The position numbers and the translations under genes were made by a program. A DNA stretch of 64,000 nucleotides from contig CT868552.1 in NCBI GenBank assembly GCA_000165425.1, positions 248,001 through 312,000 on the forward strand. The letters run 5' to 3'. Positions 25,120 through 38,150 of this stretch are shown one piece after another (position 1 is the first letter of the stretch; each line of letters opens with the position of its first letter). The notes below the pieces were generated by a model. It was given only the letters and a program-made list of their open reading frames with translations, ran no database searches and was not told the DNA's origin. This DNA comes from Paramecium tetraurelia (lineage: Eukaryota).

Positions 25120-26701
25120 TCATTCTATTTCCTTGCCCAGAGTGTCATAAGGTAAAAAACAATTAGTGAGACTGGTCATAAATGAAATGACTATGATTAT
25201 TAAGTCAAAATACCTGTAAATAACAAAAATGGACTTAAAAGATCCATTGATGACAAATAAAGACAGATCCATGGCATTATAACTCCACCTAATCTGCCTA
25301 CTCCGTTTGCCATTCCGACTCCAGTTGTACGGATTTTAGTTGAATACACTTCAGCTGTGTATTAAAATGAAAAAATAAAAGTCATAGATAGAAAGAATTT
25401 ACAGAAATTTGTCCATAACATAAATCTACTTGGATCATCAAAATAGGCAGCAACACAACCCAATGCTTAAATAAAATAGAATAAAATTAGTGAATTCTTC
25501 CTTCCCAAATATTTTATATCTATGATTACTGATGCTGCTGCTGCTCCAAATATATCACTTATTGATGATATCACCAATTATAATAGTTTATGTACAGCCA
25601 AATAAGAATCTCCCAAGTTAAGGCCTTGTAAAAATGTAGGCAACATCATTACAATCCCATAGTAGATAAAGGAAAGGGTGAACCAGTTAAACCAGACCAA
25701 ACAAGTTACAAACCACTTCTCTTTATCAAACAATGATGATATTGATGCCTATTACAATTATTCATTAAATTACATTCTCTTATTATTTTGCAATCTTATT
25801 CATCATATTCGCCCAATTTATCAATTATGATTTGACATCATCTGTCAAAACAAACTGAGAATTGTTTAATGTAGTCATTTATTAAATAATCTCAAATGCT
25901 TCCTCCTTTCTTCCAGTCAATAATGCAAATCTGGCTGACTCCTATAATTTCAATACACATAACAACCAGGCCAACATTCCTGGAATTGCACAATAAAATG
26001 TCATGGCTCTCCAATTACCCTTTATTTCTATATTAAATTTATACATCATCGAAATTGATCAAGAAGAATGAAGCAACCCACAAGCCAAATAATTATCCCA
26101 ATGAAAAAGTCAGTGTAATAAGACTCATATATCTACCTCTTAATTCTATTTGAGTTATTTCAGAAAGCATTGTCACCCCACAAGGTGAAAAGAATCCAAT
26201 CAAAACTCCCATGATTCCTCTTACAAATAATAATTAGTATATATCCTAACATAAAATAGTTCCCAAAGTCACTAGACAAGTTAAGAATGAACTGTATAGA
26301 AAGGGACCTCGCCTACCAAAACGATCTGAAAATTAACCTGACATCATAGAACCAGTTAAAAACCCAACAAAAACAAAACTTGCTTGGAGTGAATTTAATG
26401 AGTCAGGAACATTCCATTAGTTCTTAAGAATAGGTATCATTAATGTAAACAAAGTGATTTAAGCACCTTCTGCTACACCCAACAGCCCCATTATTGAGTA
26501 AATCCATAATTAATAGGATCCAAATCCTACCTTGGATAGCAACTGGTCAAATGAGAAAAGAGGTTCTTAATTGTGATTACTATTATTCTCAGTATTGGAC
26601 ACCAATTTTCTCATTTGAATACTTTGTTAATCATCAACTTTTTTTGATTCAGACATTCTTAGTTTCTCTAATTGCACTTATTCGTATATTTCTTCCGTCA
26701 T
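25120..26701 (-). CDS. Major facilitator superfamily transporter, SV2/SVOP-like
   Basis: FDQLLSKVGFGSYQ, motif A GQFSDRFGRR, ESARF, YSTKIRTTGVG, LPYDTLGK; multiple hydrophobic helices. Confidence 0.92.
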
Positions 26702-26760
26702 TGATGTAAGTTGATGTTTTGTGCTAAATGAAAATAAATTATAAATTATATTCTTAATTA

Positions 26761-28281
26761 TCACATTAAATCCAACAAATTCTAATTCTCCACTTTTATC
26801 GGTTAATTCATTTCTAAATCCAATAAGTTTACATCTTAAGCATTTATTTATTATTAAACTCTTTGATTTTGCTGTTTATTTACCACAAAAGCTGAAAGAA
26901 AATTTTTATATGCAATATTTTTCATAGTTTTTGGATCATACAACTTTATCCCCTTTATTTGATGGACACCACAGTTATATGCTACTACATCTAACTTAAT
27001 TCTTCTTGTTCTCAAACCTGCGGGATAGTTTAATTTCTATATTCGTATAAATAGTCATATTACCATCTAACTCATTCCCACAATCTTAATCGCCTTCATC
27101 TCCAATTCCTCTAATTTAATAGCCAAATCAATTTAAGGGACATCAAATAAGATTCCCAATTCAATGTCAATTTCTATAGTAGTAATAACTTCTTTCTCAA
27201 TTTGAATTGATTTTGGAGGTCTTAGATTTATTGGGTAAATCCTGACCAAACAAGTTTTTTAGGTTCCATAATAATTACCACAAGTACCCCATTCTAAATG
27301 AATCTAACCCAACCTCAGATCATACTCAGTCAAATCCTCTATAAAATTGATAAGAATTAGAAATACTCTTTTGAGTCAATACAGTATAGATAGCCTTTAG
27401 ATCTGATGTTTCAATGATAATACGATATATGATTTTCACACATTCATCCTAAGCCAATACAATTGGTAATTAGTAGTCTTTCTATAGAATAGAATTATGC
27501 TATATATATACCAATTTCTGAATGGACATGATGTTTTCGACTTTAAATTCAATATTCTTCATCTCCAGAGGCTACGATGACACATTTAAGCATTAATACT
27601 CTAAAAATACTTCCGGAAACTAATAGATAAAGATAATAACTTACATTCTCACTAACCATTGAATAATGAGACTCAAAAGGTTGAAATGCTTTGAAAGTAT
27701 GTTGTTATTTTTTCTCCAAGCGTACCTATTCTTGACTAAGCATTTAATAGTAAAGATAAGTTACACTAGTTATGCTGAATTTTGAATCTTATAACTTAGT
27801 AGATAACTTAAGGAGTATTCATCCTATTCTTCTAATTTGCTTTCATTGAAGATAAGTAATTCCTATCCATCTTTTACTCTCTCAAAATAAGACGAAGATA
27901 ATTAGCGATATGTTTTATTCTTTTTTAAGGACTCTAGGTTTGTCTAAATAGGTATAACCATTATGCGTATACTTCAATTGTTATGGAATCCATTTCATAT
28001 AGACCTTTGTATTTAATTAGCGTCAAATATTGGACTGAATATCCAACGTAGGTTTTGCCTTGCTAAATTTCTTTTCGACCCACCAAATACAGATGACCAT
28101 CATTTATAAAATAAATAGGTTCATTGATGAGCTTGCTTAAAGAATGAGATTTGCCTGTCTGAGCAGATGAGACAGTATAGGTTTATTTATTGAATGTGCT
28201 TAGATTGTTTTTGAAAGGGGGAATTTACTAAATTTCCTATAATGAGTAATGTGTAATCTCAAAGAAATCTTTAGGGTTCAT
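26761..28281 (-). CDS. Hypothetical protein, possibly TRAPPC13/Trs65-like
   Basis: Multi-intron ORF. LGQIHLEWGT and C-terminal CGVHQIKGIKLYD resemble my recollection of TRAPPC13 motifs; the identity is inferred. Confidence 0.5.
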
Positions 28282-28376
28282 CTACAATAAATATATTATT
28301 AATGATTCATGATTAAATATATATAAAAGAGAGAGTAACAAAAAATTGCCCTTTGTTAATAGATATAAATTATTGA

Positions 28377-31300
28377 TCATTAATTTAACAAGCTGAGGAT
28401 GCCAGGGATTTCCATGAGCATTGAATGGACATCTTGTTTCTACTAAAATCCATTATTGTTCTCCTCATCCGAAATCGGCTCTAATTCTTTTTTCTTCGAC
28501 GGAATCAATTACCCTTATTATTTTTTCTATTGCACTTTATGATTCTCAATGACTCTCTTGAATTGAATGTGTTTCAACACATTAATGTATTGAACAGGTT
28601 GAGGCAGGATAGTGTTTGTACATTCCTTTAAATCCTTGACATAATACACGAAACATAAATGCGGTTTAAACTTCTCCAAATTATGGTATTTGGTTAGATT
28701 GTCCATTACTAATTGATTCCTAAAGAATATATTAAAATTACTTACTCTAACTCCTCCTTCATTATAATCCACTTAGTCGTAGGCTTAAGTTTATTCAAAT
28801 AATCATAGTAGATCAAGGTCAATCCTACATCTCCTAACTTGGTTCCAACACATTGTCTAGAGTGTTTCAACTTATCTGCCAATTTAAATAGGTCTCCAGC
28901 AACGTTGATATCCTTTGAATATAACCATCCAATCATCATTCTAAATTGACCTGGTTTCCTCTATGTAAAATACTCCATAACTTCTTTCACAGGGGAGAAT
29001 GATTCACAAGTGACAGTAATATTTTCAGTTTTTGGGAAGTGTTAAGCCATATGATGTTCATAAGTCAATAATTGTGGTTTAATGAGAAAAGATTCTCTGG
29101 AGTCATTCACTTTTTTCTTAATTTACAAATTAATTTCTCCAAGGTTCATCAATAAATTTTTTTACTTTTTACAAGGTGTATCTACTTGTCCATCTGGATT
29201 GTATAGAAGAACATCATTAGCTATTTGGATTGGTTGAGCAATAATAGTTGGTTGTTTAGGAGTTTCAGGTTTCACTTTCTTTTCTAATTCTGGTTCACTT
29301 TTAATTGAATGTTGAGAGATTAATTTTTAAGCACTTGCAATTTAGGGAACTTAAGGCTATTGTTATTTCTTTATAACTTTGATGCTCTCCAATTACAAGG
29401 TCTATTTACTATTGGTATGTTGACTATTTGATTTCTTTTGATGGAGATATTGTTTGTAGGCTTTCTTCATCTCTTCATAATTGAGTCTAAATAAGATAAT
29501 ATTAATAGTTACTCTATCTATTTATTTTGCTTAATGACTGCTTTAATCTTTTCAATTTCTTTCAAATACTTGTCCTTATCGAAACTCTGTTCCATGAACA
29601 CCTGAGCTTCCAAATTGCGTATTTGTTGTTCATTTACTTGTTTCCAATTTGAGCATTTTTTAAAGCAGATCTATAGATCAAGTCTTTGAGTTTATCTCAT
29701 ATCCTCAGTAATCCCTTCCAGAACTTATTAACTCTATGACTTTTTCTTCTTTATCTTTTGTTCCTTCTATTGTTTTTTTGTTTCAATTCCAAAAGTCTCG
29801 CCTATGTTCTAACTACTCTCTTCCATCCATCGGATCCATTCAAAATCATCCTACAGACTCTATAAAGATATAATAATAAATTCTTACACAATCAATGAAT
29901 TTGAAATCAGTATTGTTCGCATTCTCCTACTTCCCTTTATAAGTAAGACTCAACTTTTAAAACCACTCTTCACCTCCCAAGGCAACCAAGAGATTGATTT
30001 CTTCTAGTCTCTGTAAAATCTACTCTGTAGGATTCAATTATTTCAAGCATTTCAATGATTACTACTTTATCATGTTGTACATCAATTAGACACAGAAATT
30101 CTTTACTTTCAAAAAACAACAACAATAATAGGTCCTTATCTTTTACAATTGCTGAATGTACAAACTGTTGTCTGGTTGTTTTTAGACTAAGTCATTATAT
30201 TATTGCAACACTTAGCGTACTTCTTACAGATCTTCAGCTAGGTCCTTAACTTTGAATATTGGATACTCTTTGGCCTGCATATATATTTGATTGATCTACT
30301 CTGCATCTGGCTTGTTTTCCAAATACTTATAGTAAGATTTATACGATTGCAAATTGTTGATCTACTCCCTACTCTTGACCCACAGAAAATCGTTATTCTT
30401 GATATTCCTTTAGTTTTCTGCCCAAGTCATCCATGATGAAGATATGGGTCTTTCAGTTTCAATAATAGGACGTTGTTGGAATCTATGTTTGCCTATGTAG
30501 CACAGGAGATCAAGGTCTTGTAGGCTTAGGGATTGGCTTTTGGCTTCAAATGAACCTCTTCTGCCTTTTACATCCAAAGCATCTGAATGTAGTATTGCCA
30601 CAATTTAGTTTACAAATTGTTATCTTGATATTGATTCTTATTGATTAATTTGATCAGCTGATTGAAATGAGGAGCCACTTGACCAGCCAATTGATTCTCG
30701 AACTCCTACAAATTGATGATCCAACTCTCGTATTCCTTCTTGATCTTCTAGAGTTGTTAAGTGTAGAATGGATCTTAGATTGAGGGATCAGCATTTAACA
30801 AATGAATTATTTGGCTGATATTATATTTTTTATTACCCCCTTGGATTATCAGTTGATTTGATTGATCTAAGATTTGTTAGCATTCACATCTCCATTTCAT
30901 TTATCTGAAATTCAATACTACTGATTTCAATTCATCATACACTATTTCTGGAATTGTGACTTTGTAAAGCAATTCATTATTGAAATCTAAATCTGAGATA
31001 TCTTTTACTTTCTAAATCATCTTAGGCAATGTATCATATGAATTGTATACCAAATAATATAATTACTTCACAAAGTCTATTTGTAATTCAGTTTATCTAA
31101 TGTAAGTGTCCAATTCAAGAGACTTGAGTTTTTTGAATTCATCCAAGGAATCACCCAAACTAGGTTGGATATTTTGGATGATCTCTTGTGCTTAGACCAA
31201 TTGCTATCTCCTTTGTTCTACATCCATATCAAATCCAAGCTAAAAGCATTCATGTTCAATCTCCTCCAATTGTTCCAGTGTGATTGATTCATTCAACCTT

Positions 31301-33406
31301 TTGTAGAGTTCTCTGAATTTCAGGAATTTAGCCTTTTGAGTTTCCATATAGGTTGATGTTAATAAGCACTTTGACATCAAATCTAATATTTCATGACAAA
31401 ATTAAATAGTTACTTTTTTTTGAGTCTGACATTTCTAGTGAATCTCTTACAATTGATTATATACACTCCTTATTACAATCGAGTCTTTAGCAGCCTTTTG
31501 GATGTTATCATATGTATACACTCCTGTGTACTCCTTTTCAGTCAATCTACAGAAACTCTCAATCTTCAATTCCAATTCTACTTTGAATTCATCAATAAAT
31601 TCTTATTCAAAATAAGATTATAACTAATTTGCGAGAGTGTCACTATTGACTGGGAATTCTATAATCTTCTTATAAGAGTTCAGAACATTCTCTAATTCCA
31701 AAGAGTTGAGTTCCTCTAATAATTTATCAATAATCTTGAGACATCCCAAAGTAACATTATTATGATTGGCTATCCTCTTTAAATCTATCAATTTCAGTTT
31801 ATTAGGTTTATTTTTTTAATTCTTCATCAAAATCATTTATTTATATACTGTCAAATCAAGTTGATTATCAATAACTGGATATTCAATTTGCATTCTCTCT
31901 GCCTCAAATAAAGATCTAAGAGTGGTCTTGATTTGCTATGCCACTTTGTACCTATTAATAAGTTGGCCTAGATTATCATTAGGAGATTTGAATATTTTTT
32001 GATTGTCTGTGACATTTTCATTGAGAATCTTAAAAGTGTCTTCCATCAGATAGCCTTCAGAAATTTCCTTTCTATATCTGTGCTTTGATATCTTTTCTTG
32101 ACAACACAAATGATTTAATGAGTTTGTTCTCACCCAATTCAAAGTAGTAACCTTTAAATTTAAATGATTTAACTAATTCTTCTGCAAATTGTTCACTCTA
32201 TTCAAGTTAGGTGGGTATTATAGAGTGCATTTTCTACTTTAATTCTTCTTATAGTTTTTCCTTCAATAAAATCTTGTCCAATTGAATAACAGCAGAAGGT
32301 TTGATGGGTAATGATGCCAAGAAGAGTTTGTAAAATTTGATATTTCTATAATCATTCTCGTCCAGAGGAATGGATGGCAACCTCTTCATGATAGCTTCAA
32401 TGTATAATAGCAATGGGAGCAAGTCTATCAAGTGTAAAATGTAGACACTTTTAGGCACAACCAAATCTTCAAAATTAAGTAATTTAGGATCTTCTAAATC
32501 TATCTTAGTTCTCTTAGCACTCCATCCTTTACATGCTTCACAGATGTAGCTGTCATCTTTTACATTCTTACGTTTAATACATCCGAAATGATACCATTCA
32601 TAACAATGATCACATTATACCATTTGCTTATTATTCAAAGATTTACGACATATGCAAAACAAACGATGACTCTCCATATGCACTTAGCAGTAACTCTCTA
32701 TCTTATTCTATGATGACCATTGTTGACTGCATTATTGTAGTGTGTAGTTGTCAAAAATAGATTCCAAAGTGTTTTTTACATGTTCCTTGTATTATTGTGT
32801 CTGGTTTCCCCTTTTCTTGGATTTGTCTTAAAACTTGTCAAGGGCATTGCAAAAGGCATCCTGAATCTCCTTTAACTCACATTTAATCTCACCTGACTCC
32901 ACATCCAATTGATTTGGATCCTAATTATTAGCTTGAAACTTTAAATGGAAGATCCACTATTCTGTTTCTATGTCTTCTTGTGCTTTCTCGACTTGTTCTG
33001 CGAAAATGCAATGAGGATGAGCATAAGCCTAACAATCTAGACATTAGATGTTTGCACCACTTTTTCCACAATTTGAACATTTCTCCTTGGTTTTTTTGTC
33101 TATTTAACTCTTAGTAGCAAATGTCATTGTATGATAATTGATCACCTGAATATGGGGAGCGAAAATTGCACAAGAGACATGCACATAGACTCCACTCTGA
33201 TCGGAGAGTCGTTTAAGTAAGCCTTTCTATCCACAGATACAACACAATGGTTTCTTTGCTATGTCTTAGCATGGATCACATACTCCATCCAAATTATTGT
33301 ATCCATAACAGAATCGATGATATTTCAATTTGCATTGTTGACATTCCATTTACTGACATCCTTTATCTTTCCTCTCAAAATTTAATCCACAAACAGAGCA
33401 ATTCAT
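28377..33406 (-). CDS. Large PHD-finger chromatin protein: N-terminal PZP-like module, PHD, TFIIS-central-like and SPOC-like domains
   Basis: MNCSVCG..CQQCKLKYHRFCYG..CCICGQKG..VHVSCA..CSNCGKSGANIQCLDC..AHPHC; LFCICRK..MVQCDHCYEWYHFGCI..YICEAC; IRNLEAQVF..DKYLKEI; C-terminal VKEVMEYF..LFKLADKLKHSR. Continuity of the middle region was spot-checked only. Confidence 0.8.
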
Positions 33407-33436
33407 TTATTATTAATATTACTAACGATTAAAAAT

Positions 33437-33601
33437 ATGGGCATTTGTACTAGCAAACCAAAACCAAGATAATAATAGAAACTCGAAGTCCGGATCCAAA
33501 CAGTCACAAACACTCAAGCAGACAGGTAACTATCTTAAGCATCCTTTTATCGTTCTATTGATAGAGGCTATTAAATTGCCCAAGAACATGATGCCTTTTG
33601 A
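33437..33601 (+). CDS. 54-aa micro-protein with N-terminal dual-acylation motif
   Basis: MGICTSKPKPRQQQKLEV...QEHDAF-TGA; MGxCxS followed by basic residues. Confidence 0.65.
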
Positions 33602-33898
33602 TACCACACTCAACTAGACTAATTAATGAACTTAATACTCTTTATATATATATATTTGTGCCATCAATCAACCCTTACTTATATGCATGAAATTCATCAA
33701 TCATTTTATTTTACCTTTACACCACTCTCCCAATATTATCATACTTATAAATCCAACCTCATTTAAAGAACTATGTCAAAAATCCTACCTCATTATTCAC
33801 CTTGTAAATCCTAATTAATTTGTCTACCTACAAACTGTATACGAGTCTATAGCATAAAGAGTACAATATCATTGTAATATATTTATTAATATACAAAA

Positions 33899-35560
33899 TC
33901 ATATATATTTATACAATATTTGGAGAGATTATGTTTTCTCCAACTTATCTATCCATTTTTTATTTTTCTTGATCTCCACCAAAACTTATTCTTTTAAGTT
34001 AGTATTCTCTATCAGTGCCAATAACAAATAGATTGCTTTGCTAATTAGAGTCACTTTCAAATTTGATATCAAAACACTTTGTATTTTTTAACAATAATTG
34101 TTAATGATGTCGCTGAATTCACCTTACTAAATTATTAGCGTATAATTATTACAGCAATTGATTATTGTTGTATCAGACATTTAGCTATTCTCTATGCTTC
34201 TGGCTATGTCAATATCCAATAGTTTCCATTTTATTCAACATCTCTGCTGAATATAGTGTCCCCTTTGAAATAGAGTAATTATTTAATTTATGCTTTGATG
34301 AAATCCACTGCTTGAACTTAAGTGTACTTAATTATATAGGAAATAAAGTAGCAAATGAATTAATTTATATTGCTTTCCAATAAGATGCTGGTTTCACTCG
34401 ATAACAAAGAATTCAAGATCGATTCAAAACAGTAATCTTACAGTTCTTTAATTCTAATCTCATCATCCTTCAAACTAACTGTGTTTTATAAACCTATTGT
34501 ATCAAATTTTATGTCATCTCTAAGTTTAGGTTAATAAATAGATTAGATTATTTTAAAAACATGAATAGAGTTTAACCATTCAGGTAAGATGTCTTGCAAA
34601 ATTGACTTATTCACTTATTTAGTGTCATCGTATGTAAATATCACTTTCTGCAATGCTAGATAAAATTATGAGTTTCTGTGTAAGTGTTCCTATGATTATT
34701 ACATGTAAGTTTATATGTTTTTTAAAAAGTTCTTCCTTTCTTTCTTATCAGTGACATTCAATATTGCACAGAAAATCTAATATAGTTGTAATAAATACTG
34801 AAATGCCATCCTTATGTCTAAGATAATCTAGATTCTCTAATTATTAAAAGTATTCAATAACTTTCTATCTCTCTTCTGGAACTAGATTTGGTAATGCCAC
34901 TTTTAGAATTTATAAGCTCAACAGATGATTATGAATTCCCTTTTCTATGATTTTCATTGCTAAATTATCAATTTTTTCACTGTGATTCTAAAAAAGAGCT
35001 TTAACCTTATTGACTTATTAGGTAGTTGCTTCTCTTGTTAGGAATCTATCTAAAACAATGCTTGCATCTCCTTGGGCTACATAGTGATTTGCATTTTTGA
35101 ATAAAATCTCAAAAAATTAATTTCTGAATTCAGGAACCATATTTCTAACCATAGTAATTCCAATATAGTGACCATATTTAGATTATAATAATTCTCCAAA
35201 TTGTTTGTCATTCAATAATTTTGAGAATATCTATTATCTTACGTTTTGATCTGCACATTTAATTACTAATTAGATTGTTCTACCTCCGATTTTGGTTTAA
35301 GCAATTTAGTACAAGATGCCTTCAATTTTAGTAAAGACTTCTTCAGCTTTTTATTGCTTTTGTTCATTCTCTTGATTTCTGTGCTAAATTAAAAATCGAA
35401 TATCCTCTTTTAAGAATGAAATGAAATCAACATCTTTGCTTATTTTATTCTAATTTTTAGCAATTTTCTTTTATTTTTTATTGTCTGCTTTTGCTTTCAC
35501 TTCTTAGAGTTCTTCTGGCTCTTCATTTTAATTTTCTTCTACAATTCTCTTTTTCCCCAT
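33899..35560 (-). CDS. PUF6: Pumilio-family nucleolar protein Puf6/PUM3-like
   Basis: Lys/Glu-rich N-terminus MGKKRIVEE, then IGGRTIQLVIKC, LLQSKYGHYI and ASIVLD, matching the Puf6/PUM3 repeat pattern. Confidence 0.75.
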
Positions 35561-36234
35561 ATATTAATTTTATAATTTTTATTTAAAACATCTATTTGAA
35601 GTATTTAAAAATTTAAATTTGACAACCATTTTCTTTTTAAATCAAGTTAAAAATGTTCGTTTCCACAGTTTTCATAAGTGTTTATTTCATATCTTAAATT
35701 AGAATTTTCCAGAGCAATGTTAAGTTATAGTTAATGATTAAATTGCATTTAAAGGCAAGTTTGATAAAAAAATTAGTTAAATATTTTTTATTTAATGGCT
35801 AAATTGTGGCTCCTAGACTCTCCTTATGCAAAGGCATTTCACCTTATTCAAGAATATTAGAAGTACTAATATATTAGTCCAAGTGAAAAATCACTAATTA
35901 AGGGTAAAATTATATATATATATTTCAGACTTAATTATTCGAAAAGATGCTTCAGTCTCTAATTTATTGTGTTCAAGGAGCGATTTGGAGATGAGAGAAA
36001 ATCTATAAAAATTAATTAAAACAATTCGTTTATAAATAGAATTATAATAAAATGAAGACGACGATGTTTCGACAAGCACAAGTCTTAAATTCTTTTTGAG
36101 ACAGAAATTAAAGCTGAAAATTACTAATAGCAACTTCGATCTAGCTATAAATAAAAGATGAAATTGTTTATAATAATGAATGCATAATATGTTTATATGA
36201 TTACATATATATTGTTTACATTCTCTGGTTAACC

Positions 36235-37593
36235 TCATGGTTACAAATGTTTTTACAACATCTAGTTATTGTAAATTTTATAAAATTCTGCCCATTATGT
36301 AATTTGGTCAATCTATCCTGAATATTAGGATTAGATTGGAATTTGATAATTCAGCAATTATTATTGTTACATCATTTCAAAGAAAGGATTAACAAAGTTC
36401 AATCTTGTCATTTGATTTAATGAATATGACATTTGCATTCTGTCAATTTAAGTCTGTTTGAATTGTTATGTATTGATGATTGGTAAATTGTGCTAAGGGT
36501 AAATGAGAGGATTCTACTATGATGGCACGAATTGGCTGTTAAAGATAAGTGGAGAAACAGTGGAGGGGATCATGGCAACTTATGGAACAGCTTATTAAAT
36601 AATGGAAGGATTATTATTAAAGTGATCACATTTTAATTAATTTTCTTCCTTTATATTAATTTAATTTCCTAAATGAGTGTTGTAGCTTGGAGAACTCTGA
36701 ACATGTTACAACCCTAAGATAAATAATATTATATACCTGAATTGTTTTCATTGTTTTAATCTTCGTTAGGGCTGTCCTACTTTAAACTCTCATCGTTTGA
36801 TTTATGATTTTTTGATCTTGTCATTCTTTGGAAATTTTCGACAATCTCATCTTGTATCACAACCTTTTTGATTTTAGGTGGTTCCTTCTTTCCCTTTTAA
36901 AGTCTTCTCCTTCTTTGTAGATTACTTTTTTCTTCATCTGATGAGTTTTATGATTCTTCTTCGAAATCTTCATCATCTGAATCACCTAAATCACACTAGA
37001 ATCTTCTCTTTAGATTGGCATAGAATCGATTTTTGACCATATTTTCCTAAACATCTCAAATAGAAATATACAGGTCTTCCATCCAAAAAGCTTGAAATGT
37101 AGCTCCATTTAGTTCCAAACTTCTTATATAGTTTTAAGATCAATTTGTCTTCCTCTTCGGTCCACTTGTCTTAGTTTATTGTTCCTTAAAGCTAGTTCAA
37201 ATAACGCTCTCTAACTTATTTTCCTGTTCTCCAATTCATTACTGTACAGATCTTGCTCCATTTTTTTCCAAACTTTTACACTAATTCCTTCAACTATTAG
37301 TCCTCTTCAGGTGACCATAACTATCTTGAAGGTGCCTAGATAAAAAAATAGTAATTACTGAATCTGGATGGAGTTACTACCATTTAAACATACACTCTAA
37401 GGGTGTAGGTCCATTTAGTAACGAACTGATTGATTTCCAGTTTCCTTGTTGTAACACATGGAGCTCTTTCAGTTTTTCTACACACTTTGTTGTCCATGTG
37501 AACTTTGTCTATTTTATATTATTTATCAAATAATACTTCAATAGGATTCTCTTTGAATTCATTTTCATCTCTAGAATTAGATGCAACACTCAT
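36235..37593 (-). CDS. Three-repeat Myb transcription factor
   Basis: FTWTTKC..NWKSIS..ECMFKW; WSPEEDQQLKELVQKFGKKWSKI..RTGKQVRERYLNQL; KWTEEEDKLI..GTKWSYIS..GRPENMVKNRFY. Confidence 0.93.
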
Positions 37594-38150
37594 TCTATTG
37601 ACAGAAAATATTTTTTTTAAATATAATGAAAAAAATCATACATTTTTGCTTCCTTTTATATACAAAAAGTGACGAATTATTAATCCTATAATTTTAACAT
37701 GTTTTTGTTTTGGAAATTACACTCAACTTACCCCTTATTTAATTAATCCCCCCATTGTATGAAAAAAAACATAAACTTTAACGTCATCATTTTATTTTTA
37801 TCAAATTTTGTATACACGTGAAATATCATCATTAAATACCTCATTTAGAACGCTAAATTTCTTGGTATTTTTAATATTTTATAAATCTCTTGTTTTTGGA
37901 TTAAATTTGGTTATATTATATTAGCGTTACTTATTATATAATCAATTATTTGTAAATAGGCATTTTGAAAGAATATCTTATTGTGTAACACCGCAAACTT
38001 TTACTTAGAAGGAATTCTAAAACATAAATATATGCAAAATATATTAATGAAACTAATGGGATATCATTAGAATAAGAAAATGTTAAAATGAAGATCAATA
38101 AAAAGTACTCCATATATTAATATTGTATTTAATAATTATATAATCTCATC

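Noticed and set aside
33526..33564. Possible 39-nt intron in the micro-protein gene
   Set aside because: It is longer than the 21-30 nt introns seen elsewhere in the window, and the unspliced frame already closes cleanly at the TGA at 33599-33601.
35894..36238. 114-aa minus-strand ORF downstream of the Myb gene
   Set aside because: Low-complexity AT-rich sequence with no recognisable motif, overlapping the Myb stop and 3' region. Not supported as a gene.
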